Shown here: piece after piece, positions 34,665 through 43,364 of the stretch
How the letters are laid out: each line of letters begins with the position of its first letter
How positions within the stretch are numbered: position 1 is the first letter of the stretch
NCBI GenBank assembly: GCA_038065715.1
Contig: JBBTQL010000004.1
Location: 35,693 to 99,692, forward strand
Reading direction: 5' to 3'
DNA from: Patescibacteria group bacterium
Lineage (GTDB): Bacteria > Patescibacteriota > Minisyncoccia > Minisyncoccales > Staskawiczbacteraceae
Length of the DNA: 64,000 bases
Program-made: the position numbers and the translations under genes
The notes under the pieces: model-generated
Told to the model about the DNA's origin: nothing
The model's input: the letters and a program-made list of their open reading frames with translations, nothing else
Databases searched by the model: none

Positions 34665-36359
34665 ATGAGAATAAAATATTTTTTAATAACAGCTGTTTTA
34701 GCAACATCAATTTTAGGTTCTGGCGGTTTTGTGAAAGCGCAAACCACAGACAATTCAGCGTTAATTGCCCAACTTCAAGCGCAAATTCAGGCAATTCTGC
34801 AACAAATAGCGCAACTGCAAGCTCAGCAAGATACAAACGCGGTCCAAAACTCTGCGTCAGAAAATGCTAATTCAGACAGTTCAAAAGCAAACTGGTGCTA
34901 TAATTTCAAACAAAACTTGTGGATTGGTAAAAATGGCAGGCCTGTTGAGGCTTTACAGATTGCTTTGTCTAAAGAAGGTTTGTTTGACGCCAGTTTAATT
35001 AAGAATCCATGGAGATTTGGCCCCTCTACCTTATTGGCAGTAATCAAGTTTCAGAATAAATATAGCATAAAACCAACAGGATATGTGGGCTTCGCCACAA
35101 ACAAAAAACTAAACGAACTCTACGGCTGCAAAACCACCGAGTCATCAGTTACAGTTACTTCGCCCAACGGCGGAGAGGAGTGGGTGCGAGGGTCAACTCA
35201 TAATGTTACGTGGACGTCTCAAAATGTGGAAAGAGATGTTTATCTTACAATTAAAAACTTTGACACAAACGTCATAAAGAGCATTTCTTTAGCGCCTGTT
35301 TCGCCGGTCAGCGATTCTGCTTCTTTTAATATTCCGTCTGATTTGGCCGTGGGAAACAAATATAAGGTTAGAGTGGGAAATAGCGATGTTTCAGATTACA
35401 GCGACAATTATTTTAGCATTCTTGATACAACAACTTCTTCAAATGCGTCTATTACCGTCACTTCGCCCAACGGCGGAGAAACATGGCAAGTCGGCGGAAC
35501 GCATAATATCACATGGTTCAGTCAGGGTGCAAATGCTATAAATTATAATGTTCAAATCGGAATTATTGATAATCGCTATAGTACGGAATCAGGAGATAGA
35601 TCCGAAAAAATTATAGTAAATTCTATTCCTAATACTGGCAGTTATTCTTGGACGGTGCCTCAATCTATTGGAACAATGAATCTGAATGATACTATCCAAC
35701 CGGTTTATAAAATTGTTGTACATTCTCGAAGTGATGCGGTTACAGGAGTGGCTCTTGGAGACTCGAGCGATAATCCTTTCAGTATTGTGGCGCCGACGGT
35801 TGCCTGTACGTCATTTACCTATTCAGCTTGGGGGGCTTGCCAGTCAAACAATACCCAAACAAGAACAGTTGTATCATCCTCGCCAACTGGATGCGCAGGA
35901 GGCAGCCCAATATTATCGCAATCTTGCGGAGTAGTAAAGACTGTATTCAGCAATAGCCAAATTTATCTTGACGCCAATAGCAAAGTAGCGCCCTTGTCTT
36001 GCACTAATTATAAGTGTAACGGCTCTTTTGGCTATTGCTCTGCTTCTTGCGGAGGAGGATATTATCCAGATAATTTAACAGCCCAGAAATTGTGCCAGAA
36101 AAAAGGTTACGATGCAGCTTCAAGTTTCACCATAAAAAATGGTTTTTATGCATCTTGCAGCGATAACTATATGTGGAAATGGAATGGGGTTAGCGCTGAA
36201 TATGTTTGGTCTTGCGTTAAAAATAGCGGTATAGACACTGTCACTTGCTCAAAAACTGTTGGGACTACGGCAAGCATTGATTCTCAAGATCAATTAGCGT
36301 CTATTTCTAGCGCAATACAAAGAATAGCTCAACAAATTCAAGCATTATTTGAAAGGTAA
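34665..36359 (+). CDS. secreted protein: Q-rich coiled coil, peptidoglycan-binding-like domain, Ser/Thr-rich SPNGGE-W repeats, Cys-rich C-terminus
   Basis: Signal peptide; PG_binding-like ...ALQIALSKEGLF...GPSTLLAVIKFQ; two TVTSPNGGE(E/T)W..G..HN.TW repeats. Confidence 0.55.
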   Translation: MRIKYFLITAVLATSILGSGGFVKAQTTDNSALIAQLQAQIQAILQQIAQLQAQQDTNAVQNSASENANSDSSKANWCYNFKQNLWIGKNGRPVEALQIALSKEGLFDASLIKNPWRFGPSTLLAVIKFQNKYSIKPTGYVGFATNKKLNELYGCKTTESSVTVTSPNGGEEWVRGSTHNVTWTSQNVERDVYLTIKNFDTNVIKSISLAPVSPVSDSASFNIPSDLAVGNKYKVRVGNSDVSDYSDNYFSILDTTTSSNASITVTSPNGGETWQVGGTHNITWFSQGANAINYNVQIGIIDNRYSTESGDRSEKIIVNSIPNTGSYSWTVPQSIGTMNLNDTIQPVYKIVVHSRSDAVTGVALGDSSDNPFSIVAPTVACTSFTYSAWGACQSNNTQTRTVVSSSPTGCAGGSPILSQSCGVVKTVFSNSQIYLDANSKVAPLSCTNYKCNGSFGYCSASCGGGYYPDNLTAQKLCQKKGYDAASSFTIKNGFYASCSDNYMWKWNGVSAEYVWSCVKNSGIDTVTCSKTVGTTASIDSQDQLASISSAIQRIAQQIQALFER

Positions 36360-36424
36360 TCAATTAGAGAATGAAACCAGCCCAATGGGCTGGTTTTGTT
36401 TTTAATAGTTGATATAATAATCCA

Positions 36425-36916
36425 ATGCCAAAAGAAAAGTCAGCTGGAGTTATAATTTTTAGACGGGAACCCTTCGACCCGGCTCAGGGTAAAAAATCTG
36501 ATATTTTTTACCTGCTTTTGCATTATGCTCCGTCTGAGCCGGGAAAACATGGACACTGGGGGTTTGCAAAAGGGCATATTGAAAAAGGCGAAACAGACGA
36601 AGAAACAGCTAAAAGAGAAGTCGCTGAAGAAACTGGCATTAAAGACCTAAAAATAATTTCTGGATTTAAAGAATTAGAAAAATATTTTTTTAGGCAGGTT
36701 TACGGGCTAAAGGGCGAAGCAAGAAAAAAAGCGCCGTGGGTTTTCAAATCAGTTGTATTTTTTTTAGCTGAAACAAAAATTAAAGATGTTAAAATTTCAG
36801 AAGAACACGCTGGTTTTTTGTGGCTGGCTTACGGAGATGCTGTTAGAAAAATAAGTTTTAAAAACTCAAAAGAGCTATTAAAAAAAGCAAATGAATTTTT
36901 AGAAGAAAACAAGTAA
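36425..36916 (+). CDS. NUDIX hydrolase
   Basis: Nudix box GHWGFAKGHIEKGETDEETAKREVAEETGI; in-frame CCTTCGACCCGGCTCAGG insert 36471-36490. Confidence 0.85.
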   Translation: MPKEKSAGVIIFRREPFDPAQGKKSDIFYLLLHYAPSEPGKHGHWGFAKGHIEKGETDEETAKREVAEETGIKDLKIISGFKELEKYFFRQVYGLKGEARKKAPWVFKSVVFFLAETKIKDVKISEEHAGFLWLAYGDAVRKISFKNSKELLKKANEFLEENK

Positions 36917-36925
36917 AATAAAAAA

Positions 36926-36955
36926 CCGTCCTTCGATAATCTTGGGACGGTTTTT
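36926..36955 (+). terminator. rho-independent terminator (same hairpin family as 28169-28199)
   Basis: CCGTCC-TTCGATAATCTTG-GGACGG then TTTTTCGTTTTT. Confidence 0.6.
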
Positions 36956-36968
36956 CGTTTTTAAATAA

Positions 36969-37319
36969 TTATTTTGATTTGACTTTTTCTATTATTTTCA
37001 CAAAAATTTCAGGATGCTTTTTTGCCAATTCAGACAAAATTTTTCTATCAAGCTCAATTTTATTTTCTTTTAATCCGTGAATGAGCCTGCTGTAATTTAT
37101 GCCGTTTTCTCTAGCTAAAGCATTAATTTGCAATTGCCAAAGCTGCCTGAAGTCTCTTTTTTTAATTTTTCTGTCGCGATACGAATAAGTCCACGCATGC
37201 CTTAAAGCATCTTTTGCCAGCTTATATTTTGATTTTCTGCCCCACTTAAAACCTTTCGCATGTTTTAATGTGTTTTTTCTATGTTTTCTGGCTGATACTG
37301 CTCTTTTTACTCTTGCCAT
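36969..37319 (-). CDS. rplT: 50S ribosomal protein L20
   Basis: MARVKRAVSARKHRKNTLKHAKGF...; 116 aa. Confidence 0.95.
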   Translation of the reverse strand: MARVKRAVSARKHRKNTLKHAKGFKWGRKSKYKLAKDALRHAWTYSYRDRKIKKRDFRQLWQLQINALARENGINYSRLIHGLKENKIELDRKILSELAKKHPEIFVKIIEKVKSK

Positions 37320-37331
37320 ATTTTTGGATTT

Positions 37332-37523
37332 TTATATATGTAAAAATCTTTTAATTTTTTTAGTTTCGGATTTGGAAACTTGAATCCATTTACGGCCTTT
37401 TCTTTTCCTTGCGCCTGATTTTTTAGCTTGAAGATGGTTTTGCCCGGAAAGCCTTCTTAAAATTTTTCCGGTTTTTGTTATTTTAAACCTTTTTACTAAT
37501 GCTTTTTTTGTTTTATTCATATT
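37332..37523 (-). CDS. rpmI: 50S ribosomal protein L35
   Basis: MNKTKKALVKRFKITKTGKILRR...; between infC and rplT. Confidence 0.85.
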   Translation of the reverse strand, partial: NMNKTKKALVKRFKITKTGKILRRLSGQNHLQAKKSGARKRKGRKWIQVSKSETKKIKRFLHI

Positions 37524-37530
37524 TTTATTT

Positions 37531-38037
37531 TTATTCTTTTGAAACAATTACTGTGAATCCCTTTGGCTCTCTTTTCAATTCTCTTTCAACCTTTATTGGC
37601 ATTAATTTATCTATATTTTCTAAAAACATCAGCACTTTTTTCTTTGCAAAATCTCCCAATGCCTTTTCTCTTCCTCTTAATACCATAGACAATTTAACTT
37701 TGTCTCCGCCTTTTAAAAATTTTTCTGCCTGTTTTGCCCTAATATCCATATCATGCGGCGAAATATTAAAGGTAAGCCTTATTTCTTTTAATTCTCCGCC
37801 CTTAGGATGCGCTACTTTTTTTTCTTTCTTTTGCAAAGAGTAAAGATATTTTCCATAGTCTCCAATTCTGCAAACCGGCGGTTCAACTTTTTCTGTAACC
37901 TGGATTAAATCCAAACTCTTAGATTTTGCCAAATCAATAGCCTCAAATATACCCATTACCCCGAGCTGGTTTCCAGCCTCGTCTATAATTCTTACCTCTT
38001 TTGCCCTTATATAATTGTTTATTAAAACTTTATTCAA
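37531..38037 (-). CDS. infC: translation initiation factor IF-3
   Basis: N- and C-domain IF3 signatures; infC-rpmI-rplT order. Confidence 0.9.
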   Translation of the reverse strand: MNKVLINNYIRAKEVRIIDEAGNQLGVMGIFEAIDLAKSKSLDLIQVTEKVEPPVCRIGDYGKYLYSLQKKEKKVAHPKGGELKEIRLTFNISPHDMDIRAKQAEKFLKGGDKVKLSMVLRGREKALGDFAKKKVLMFLENIDKLMPIKVERELKREPKGFTVIVSKE

Positions 38038-38045
38038 TTGTATTT

Positions 38046-38403
38046 ATTATTTTAGTGGAAGCGCCGGGGTCGAACCCGGGTCCAGAAATTTTTTAAAAAT
38101 AAATCTACAAATTTATCTTGCTTTGTTGTTTGGATATTAAATAAGAAGCAAGAAAAATGTTTAATATCCTAATTCTCGTAAATCTCGACAGTTCCCCGAG
38201 AAATAAAACTGCCTATCCTGAAAATATAACACCCTCGGTCCATTTATCAGGAGTCAATGGCGAGGATGCAGCATTAAGCTAAAGCTAGTGCTGGTTGCCT
38301 ATTAAATAAATTAGCAATTATGTTTTTTCTATAAGTTTAACCAGGTTATAGAAAACTGGATTTGCATATTTTTAATGAAACATCTGTCAAAACTTACGCT
38401 CCC
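38046..38403 (-). ncRNA. ssrA: tmRNA (SsrA)
   Basis: Minus-strand 5' GGGAGCG pairs with 3' CGCUUCC-A; tRNA-like T arm GGTTCGACCCC; internal tag frame GCT AAT TTA TTT AAT AGG CAA CCA GCA CTA GCT TTA GCT TAA (ANLFNRQPALALA*); starts 2 nt after smpB stop. Confidence 0.75.
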
Positions 38404-38404
38404 A

Positions 38405-38848
38405 TTATCCTCTTAATTCGCGATTAACCTCGCGCTCTGTGTCTCTTTTCTTTATTTCCTCTTTTTTGTTGTATTTTTTCTTTCCCTTAGCCAATCCGAA
38501 TTCAAGTTTTATCCTACCATTTTTCTCGTAAACTTTCAAGGGTATCAGCGAAAAACCCTTCATATTTGACTTTCCTGCAAGAAAATTTATCTCTTTTTTG
38601 TTCAAAAGCAGTTTTCTTTGCCTTTCTGGATTATATCCCTCTGGCGCGTTTTTTGGCTGATAAGCTGGAATTTTAGCTCCTATTAAAAATACCTCTTCAT
38701 TTCTTAAAACAACATAAGAAGCAGTTAGAGTAATATGCCCGCCCCGAATTGATTTTACTTCTGTGCCAATCAAAACAAGCCCCGCTTCAAACTTGTCGAG
38801 TATTTCATAATCATAGTAGGCCTTTTTGTTTTCACTGAAAATTTTCAT
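38405..38848 (-). CDS. smpB: SsrA-binding protein SmpB
   Basis: MKIFSENKKAYYDYEILDKFEAGLVLIGTEVKSIR... SmpB family; natural start at Met21 of listed ORF. Confidence 0.9.
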   Translation of the reverse strand: MKIFSENKKAYYDYEILDKFEAGLVLIGTEVKSIRGGHITLTASYVVLRNEEVFLIGAKIPAYQPKNAPEGYNPERQRKLLLNKKEINFLAGKSNMKGFSLIPLKVYEKNGRIKLEFGLAKGKKKYNKKEEIKKRDTEREVNRELRG

Positions 38849-38892
38849 ATTTTTCTTTAAGCTTAGCAGTTGTTTTATATTACCACAACTAT

Positions 38893-38921
38893 TGACAAAT
38901 GTAAACAATGGGTGTATAATT
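38893..38921 (+). promoter_or_regulatory. consensus sigma70 promoter TTGACA-17-TATAAT
   Basis: Perfect hexamers and spacing; points into hairpin cluster and the 39153 gene. Confidence 0.4.
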
Positions 38922-38949
38922 AATATAATATGATCTGTTGATTTATTTC

Positions 38950-39085
38950 TCTGCCGTCCCCGGTCAGATTCGTCTGATCGAGGGCTTTTTTATTGTTTTT
39001 TTGTCCGTGTGCGGCTTTTTCACTCGAGTGAAAAAGCCGCACCTTTTGAAAATTAGAAACCCGCTTCGCCCGCGAAGCGAGGCGA
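38950..39085. repeat. cluster of GC-rich hairpins incl. perfect 34-nt palindrome
   Basis: TCAGA-TTCG-TCTGA then GAGGGCTTTTTT; GTGCGGCTTTTTCACTC|GAGTGAAAAAGCCGCAC (39009-39042); CGCTTCGCCCGCGAAGCG (39062-39079). Confidence 0.55.
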
Positions 39086-39152
39086 GTTGAAAATTGAAAA
39101 TTAGCCCATGAGCCCTTTAAATTTTAGCTAAAATAAGGTAGACTAAGAAATA

Positions 39153-39830
39153 ATGAATAAGGAAACTATAATAATTTCACTGGGTGGGTCGCTTGTAGCG
39201 CCGGGGGAAATTGATATTGGATTTTTGAAGAATTTTAAGCACGCTTTGTTAAAATACTTAAAGTTAAAGCGTTTTTTTATTATTGTAGGCGGAGGCAAAA
39301 TTTGCAGAAATTACCAAAAAACATTATCAGAATTTGGCGCAAAAGATGTTGATAAGGACTGGATAGGAATAAATGTTTCAAAATTAAACGCAGAAGTTGT
39401 AAAACAGGTTTTTTCTAAGTTTTCTTTTTCTGAAATTATTACAAACCCTACAAAAGAAATAACAACTAAAAAAGATATTGTTGTAGCGTCTGGCTGGAAA
39501 CCTGGCCGCTCTACTGATTACTGCTCCGTTGTGATGGCAAAAAAAGCCGGTATTAAGACGATTATAAACTTAACAAATATTGATTATGTTTACGATAAAG
39601 ACCCAAAACAGTTTCCTGGAGCTAAAGCCATAAAAGAAATAAGCTGGAAAGATTTTAGAAAAATTATTGGTGATAAATGGAGCCCTGGATTGTCAGCTCC
39701 CTTTGACCCTGAGGCTTCAAAAATTGCAGAAAAATTAAAATTAAAGGTGGCAATGATTAACGGCAAAAATTTAGAACGCCTTGAAGATTTTTTAAACAGT
39801 AAGCCATTTATTGGAACTATTATTCAATGA
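39153..39830 (+). CDS. amino-acid kinase family protein, putative UMP kinase
   Basis: IIISLGGSLVAPGE ... VGGGKICR signatures of the AAK fold; 225 aa. Confidence 0.55.
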   Translation: MNKETIIISLGGSLVAPGEIDIGFLKNFKHALLKYLKLKRFFIIVGGGKICRNYQKTLSEFGAKDVDKDWIGINVSKLNAEVVKQVFSKFSFSEIITNPTKEITTKKDIVVASGWKPGRSTDYCSVVMAKKAGIKTIINLTNIDYVYDKDPKQFPGAKAIKEISWKDFRKIIGDKWSPGLSAPFDPEASKIAEKLKLKVAMINGKNLERLEDFLNSKPFIGTIIQ

Positions 39831-41482
39831 TAAAAGAAGAAATAAAAAAAATAGTGGAAAACTCAATTAAAAACCTGCAAAAACAGGGCGCATTTTTAAA
39901 ATTAAAAATGCCAGAAATTTTAATTGAGCGGCCTAAAGAAAAAATACGCGGTGACTATTCAACCAACATTGCCTTTGTAATTGGAAAAGATGTTTTGAAA
40001 AATCCATTTGAAACGGCATTGCTTTTGAAAACAGAAATTGTCTCGCTTTGCGAGATCTCGCGCAGCGAGAAAAAACAAAAATCTGTAATAGAAAAAGTTG
40101 AGGTAGTGGGAGGGTTTATTAATTTTTTTGTTGCTGACGATTATTTTAAAAATCAGCTGCAAATTATTTTAAAACAAAAAAACAAATTTGGAGATTTAAA
40201 ACTTGGTAAAAGTCAAAAAGTAAACATAGAATTTATTTCTGCAAATCCAACAGGGCCGTTAACTTTAGGAAACGGCAGAGGAGGATTTTGTGGCGATGTT
40301 TTGGCTAATGTTTTAGAAAAAGCAGGATATAAAGTTGAAAGAGAATATTATATTAACAATACCGGAGCTCAAATTAAAAAACTTGGGCATTCTGTAATTG
40401 GAGATGCAGAAGCTGTTTACAAAGGAAAATATATTATTGATTTAAGAAACAAAGTTAAGGGAGATGACCCCGAGAAAGTTGGAGAAAAATCGGCAAAAAT
40501 TATTTTAGAAAAAATGATAAAGCCGTCTGTAAAAAAAATGGGAATTAAATTTGACACATGGTTTTCAGAAAAAACTCTCTATAAAAATAAAGAAGTAGAT
40601 AAAACAATACAAGAATTGGCTAAAAAAGGGTTCACCTATGAAAGCGAAGACGCTGTGTGGTTTAAATCTAAAGAATTGGGCGATGACAAAGACAGGGTTT
40701 TGGTGAGAGCCGACGGAATTAAAACATATTTTGCTTCAGATATTGCTTATTTTAAAAATAAATTTAAAAGAGGGTTTGGTAAACTTATTATGTTTTTGGG
40801 AGCCGACCACTATGGATATGTTCCGAGGCTAAAAGCTGCCTCGCTTGCTTTTGGTTTTAAAAAAGACAGTATTGATGCTATTGTTATGCAGTTGGTGCGG
40901 CTTTATGAAAAAGGCAAAGAAGTAAGAATGGCAAAAAGGACTGGTATTTATGTAACAATAGATGAGTTAATTGGCGAGGTTAGTTTGGATGTTGCCAGAT
41001 TTTTCTTTTTAATGATAAGCCCTAATACCCACATGAATTTTAATTTGGATTTAGCAAAAGAAAAATCAGAGAAAAATCCGGTTTTTAAAGTGCAATATGC
41101 GCATGCCCGAATTTGCTCAATTTTCCGAAAATTTGGAAATTTCAAATTTTCCCGATTTCATCGAGGATCCTCAATGGCAAAGCCATCGGGACAAATTTCA
41201 AATTTAAAATTATTAAATGAGCCGAGCGAGTTAGGGTTAATTAGAGAATTAATTAAACTTCCAGAAATTATTGAAGAGATAGCTAAAGATTATCAAGTTC
41301 AAAGACTACCGCAATACGCAATGGATTTAACTGATGCATTCCATAGATTTTATGAAAACTGTAAAGTCCTGAGCGAAGTCGAAGGATTGCGTGATGCCCG
41401 CTTGTCTCTTGTTATGGCAACAAAAATTGTTTTAAAAAATACATTAGACTTAATGGGAATATCTGCTCCTGAAAAAATGTGA
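39827..41482 (+). CDS. argS: arginine--tRNA ligase
   Basis: SANPTGPLTLGNGRGG class I motif; C-terminal DALK-type anticodon-binding domain; in-frame AAATTT-type repeat plus GC hairpin insert 41108-41190. Confidence 0.9.
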   Translation: MIKEEIKKIVENSIKNLQKQGAFLKLKMPEILIERPKEKIRGDYSTNIAFVIGKDVLKNPFETALLLKTEIVSLCEISRSEKKQKSVIEKVEVVGGFINFFVADDYFKNQLQIILKQKNKFGDLKLGKSQKVNIEFISANPTGPLTLGNGRGGFCGDVLANVLEKAGYKVEREYYINNTGAQIKKLGHSVIGDAEAVYKGKYIIDLRNKVKGDDPEKVGEKSAKIILEKMIKPSVKKMGIKFDTWFSEKTLYKNKEVDKTIQELAKKGFTYESEDAVWFKSKELGDDKDRVLVRADGIKTYFASDIAYFKNKFKRGFGKLIMFLGADHYGYVPRLKAASLAFGFKKDSIDAIVMQLVRLYEKGKEVRMAKRTGIYVTIDELIGEVSLDVARFFFLMISPNTHMNFNLDLAKEKSEKNPVFKVQYAHARICSIFRKFGNFKFSRFHRGSSMAKPSGQISNLKLLNEPSELGLIRELIKLPEIIEEIAKDYQVQRLPQYAMDLTDAFHRFYENCKVLSEVEGLRDARLSLVMATKIVLKNTLDLMGISAPEKM

Positions 41483-41536
41483 AATTTAGCTATGCTGAAT
41501 TTCATCCTGAGCTATTGCGAAGGATAAATTATTACT

Positions 41537-42106
41537 ATGAAACTAAATAATAAATACTATGTTTTACGCCATGGGGAGGCTTTGTCTAATGTTAAAAATA
41601 TTGTTTCTTGCTGGCCTGAAAAATTTGAAAATTCATTAACAAAAAATGGAATATCGCAGATTAAAATAGTTGCGCAAGAGTTAAGGAATAAAAATATAAA
41701 TTTAGTATTAGCTTCAGATTTATTAAGAACTAAACAAACAGCAGAAATCAGCGGCAATATTTTGGGAATAAAGCCGGAATATGATAAAAGGCTAAGAGAA
41801 ATTGATTTTGGGATCCTTAACGGGGGTTTGGCATCAGATTTCGAAAAATATTTTAAAAATTATTTAGAAAGAATAGACAAGGCCACGCCAGAGGGAGAAA
41901 ACTATAAAGATGTTTTTAAAAGAGTTGCTGATTTTTTTAAAGAAATAAATAATAAATATAAAGATAAAAATATCTTGATAATTAGCCACCAGGCCCCGCT
42001 TTTTCTACTGGAAGGATATATGAGGGGTTTTTCGATTGAACAAACTATCGAAAATTTTCCAGAAGAAAAAATGCTTCGCAACGGAGAATTAAGAGGATTA
42101 AATTAG
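41537..42106 (+). CDS. histidine phosphatase family protein (phosphoglycerate mutase-like)
   Basis: YYVLRHGEALSN RHG motif; second His region near C-terminus. Confidence 0.7.
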   Translation: MKLNNKYYVLRHGEALSNVKNIVSCWPEKFENSLTKNGISQIKIVAQELRNKNINLVLASDLLRTKQTAEISGNILGIKPEYDKRLREIDFGILNGGLASDFEKYFKNYLERIDKATPEGENYKDVFKRVADFFKEINNKYKDKNILIISHQAPLFLLEGYMRGFSIEQTIENFPEEKMLRNGELRGLN

Positions 42107-42187
42107 AAGTATTGACAGATTTTTTAAAAAAGATAAAATGAATATGTAATACAAATTATTACATATTATAATTAATATTTTAATTTT

Positions 42188-42406
42188 ATGCGCTCAATTG
42201 TTAATATATCATTATCAAAAGAACTTGTTTCTGATTTGAATAAGGCGGTAAAAAAGGGAAAATATTCAAGCAAAAGCGAATTTTTGAGAGAACTTATAAG
42301 AGAAAGAATTGAACAGGAAGATTTGTTGAGGAGGGTAAGGATAAGTCAAAAAGAAATAAAACAAGGTAAAGGAAAAATTCTTAAGTCATTAAAAGATTTA
42401 AGGTAA
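42188..42406 (+). CDS. type II antitoxin (ribbon-helix-helix-like)
   Basis: 72 aa upstream of and 7 nt from RelE/ParE toxin ORF. Confidence 0.5.
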   Translation: MRSIVNISLSKELVSDLNKAVKKGKYSSKSEFLRELIRERIEQEDLLRRVRISQKEIKQGKGKILKSLKDLR

Positions 42407-42413
42407 TTTTATC

Positions 42414-42671
42414 ATGCAGATTATTTATTCTCCGCAATTTGTAAAAGATTACAAAAAAATAAACGAGCAGACAAAGAGAAAAGCGGAGGCGAAAGAAAAT
42501 ATTCTTCGCAATAATCCTTTCGACAGCCGTTTAAAAACCCATAAATTAAGCGGTAAGTTTTATGATTTTTGGTCGTTTTCCGTTGATTATAATTGCAGAA
42601 TAATTTTTGAGTTTAAAAATGAAAAAATTGTTATATTCCATGCAATTGGTAGCCATTCTATTTATAAATGA
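42414..42671 (+). CDS. RelE/ParE family toxin
   Basis: THKLSGKFYDFWSFSVDYNCRIIFEF; paralog of 9829-10101. Confidence 0.65.
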   Translation: MQIIYSPQFVKDYKKINEQTKRKAEAKENILRNNPFDSRLKTHKLSGKFYDFWSFSVDYNCRIIFEFKNEKIVIFHAIGSHSIYK

Positions 42672-42728
42672 TGTAAAAAAAGAATTCACAAAGCAGAAAG
42701 AAGAGAATCAAATTAAATTTTAATAAAT

Positions 42729-43355
42729 ATGCTAAAAGAAAATATTTCAGAAATTGTAGAAGGACTTTTAAAACTTCAAAAAAAATATTCTTCTACTCCC
42801 AGATCTATAGTGACCTACGATAGGAATAAAAATATTATTGAATCGGGTTTATTAAAAGAATATAATTATGACTCTGAAATAATTCGCGAGCCGCTAATTG
42901 AACATGTTGGGCATCTGCCGATTATTGCATCTTATTTGCACCAATTTATTGAACATAAAAATAAAGTTGATTTAGGAAAGTCATTAATTATTTTATCAGT
43001 GCATGATATTGGGGAAACAGAAGTCGGAGACATGATAACTTATTCAAAAACAAAATCGCACGAAAAAGCAGAAGAGAAAGCCGCTTTTAAAATCCTGCCT
43101 GATTATTTGTATAAATATTTTATAGAATATGATGAGGCAAAAACCATAGATGCCAAGTTTGCCAAGTCGGTTGATTCTTTGGCGCCATTATTACACGAAT
43201 TAACATTGCCAAAAATTACAGCCGAAAGATTTAAATATCATAATTTCAGCGTTGATAAAATTGTTGTAAAGAAAAAAGTATATTTTAAATGGGATAATGT
43301 TTTATCTAAAATATTTGATTATGTGACAGACGAATTAAGAAAAATAGAAAAATAA
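42729..43355 (+). CDS. HD domain protein
   Basis: LIEHVGHLP...ILSVHDIGETEVGD HD motif. Confidence 0.6.
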   Translation: MLKENISEIVEGLLKLQKKYSSTPRSIVTYDRNKNIIESGLLKEYNYDSEIIREPLIEHVGHLPIIASYLHQFIEHKNKVDLGKSLIILSVHDIGETEVGDMITYSKTKSHEKAEEKAAFKILPDYLYKYFIEYDEAKTIDAKFAKSVDSLAPLLHELTLPKITAERFKYHNFSVDKIVVKKKVYFKWDNVLSKIFDYVTDELRKIEK

Positions 43356-43364
43356 TTTTTAAAT

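Noticed and set aside
37499-37843. 114-aa plus-strand ORF over infC/rpmI
   Set aside because: Antisense to conserved ribosomal/IF3 genes; no support.
38046-38075. tRNA-like GGTTCGACCCC T-arm
   Set aside because: Belongs to the tmRNA 3' tRNA-like domain, not an independent tRNA (no anticodon arm; contiguous with tag ORF).
41497-41530. Hairpin ATCCTGAG...CGAAGGAT after argS as a terminator
   Set aside because: Same repeat family as the true terminators but inverted and lacking a T-run on either strand; recorded only as a repeat member.
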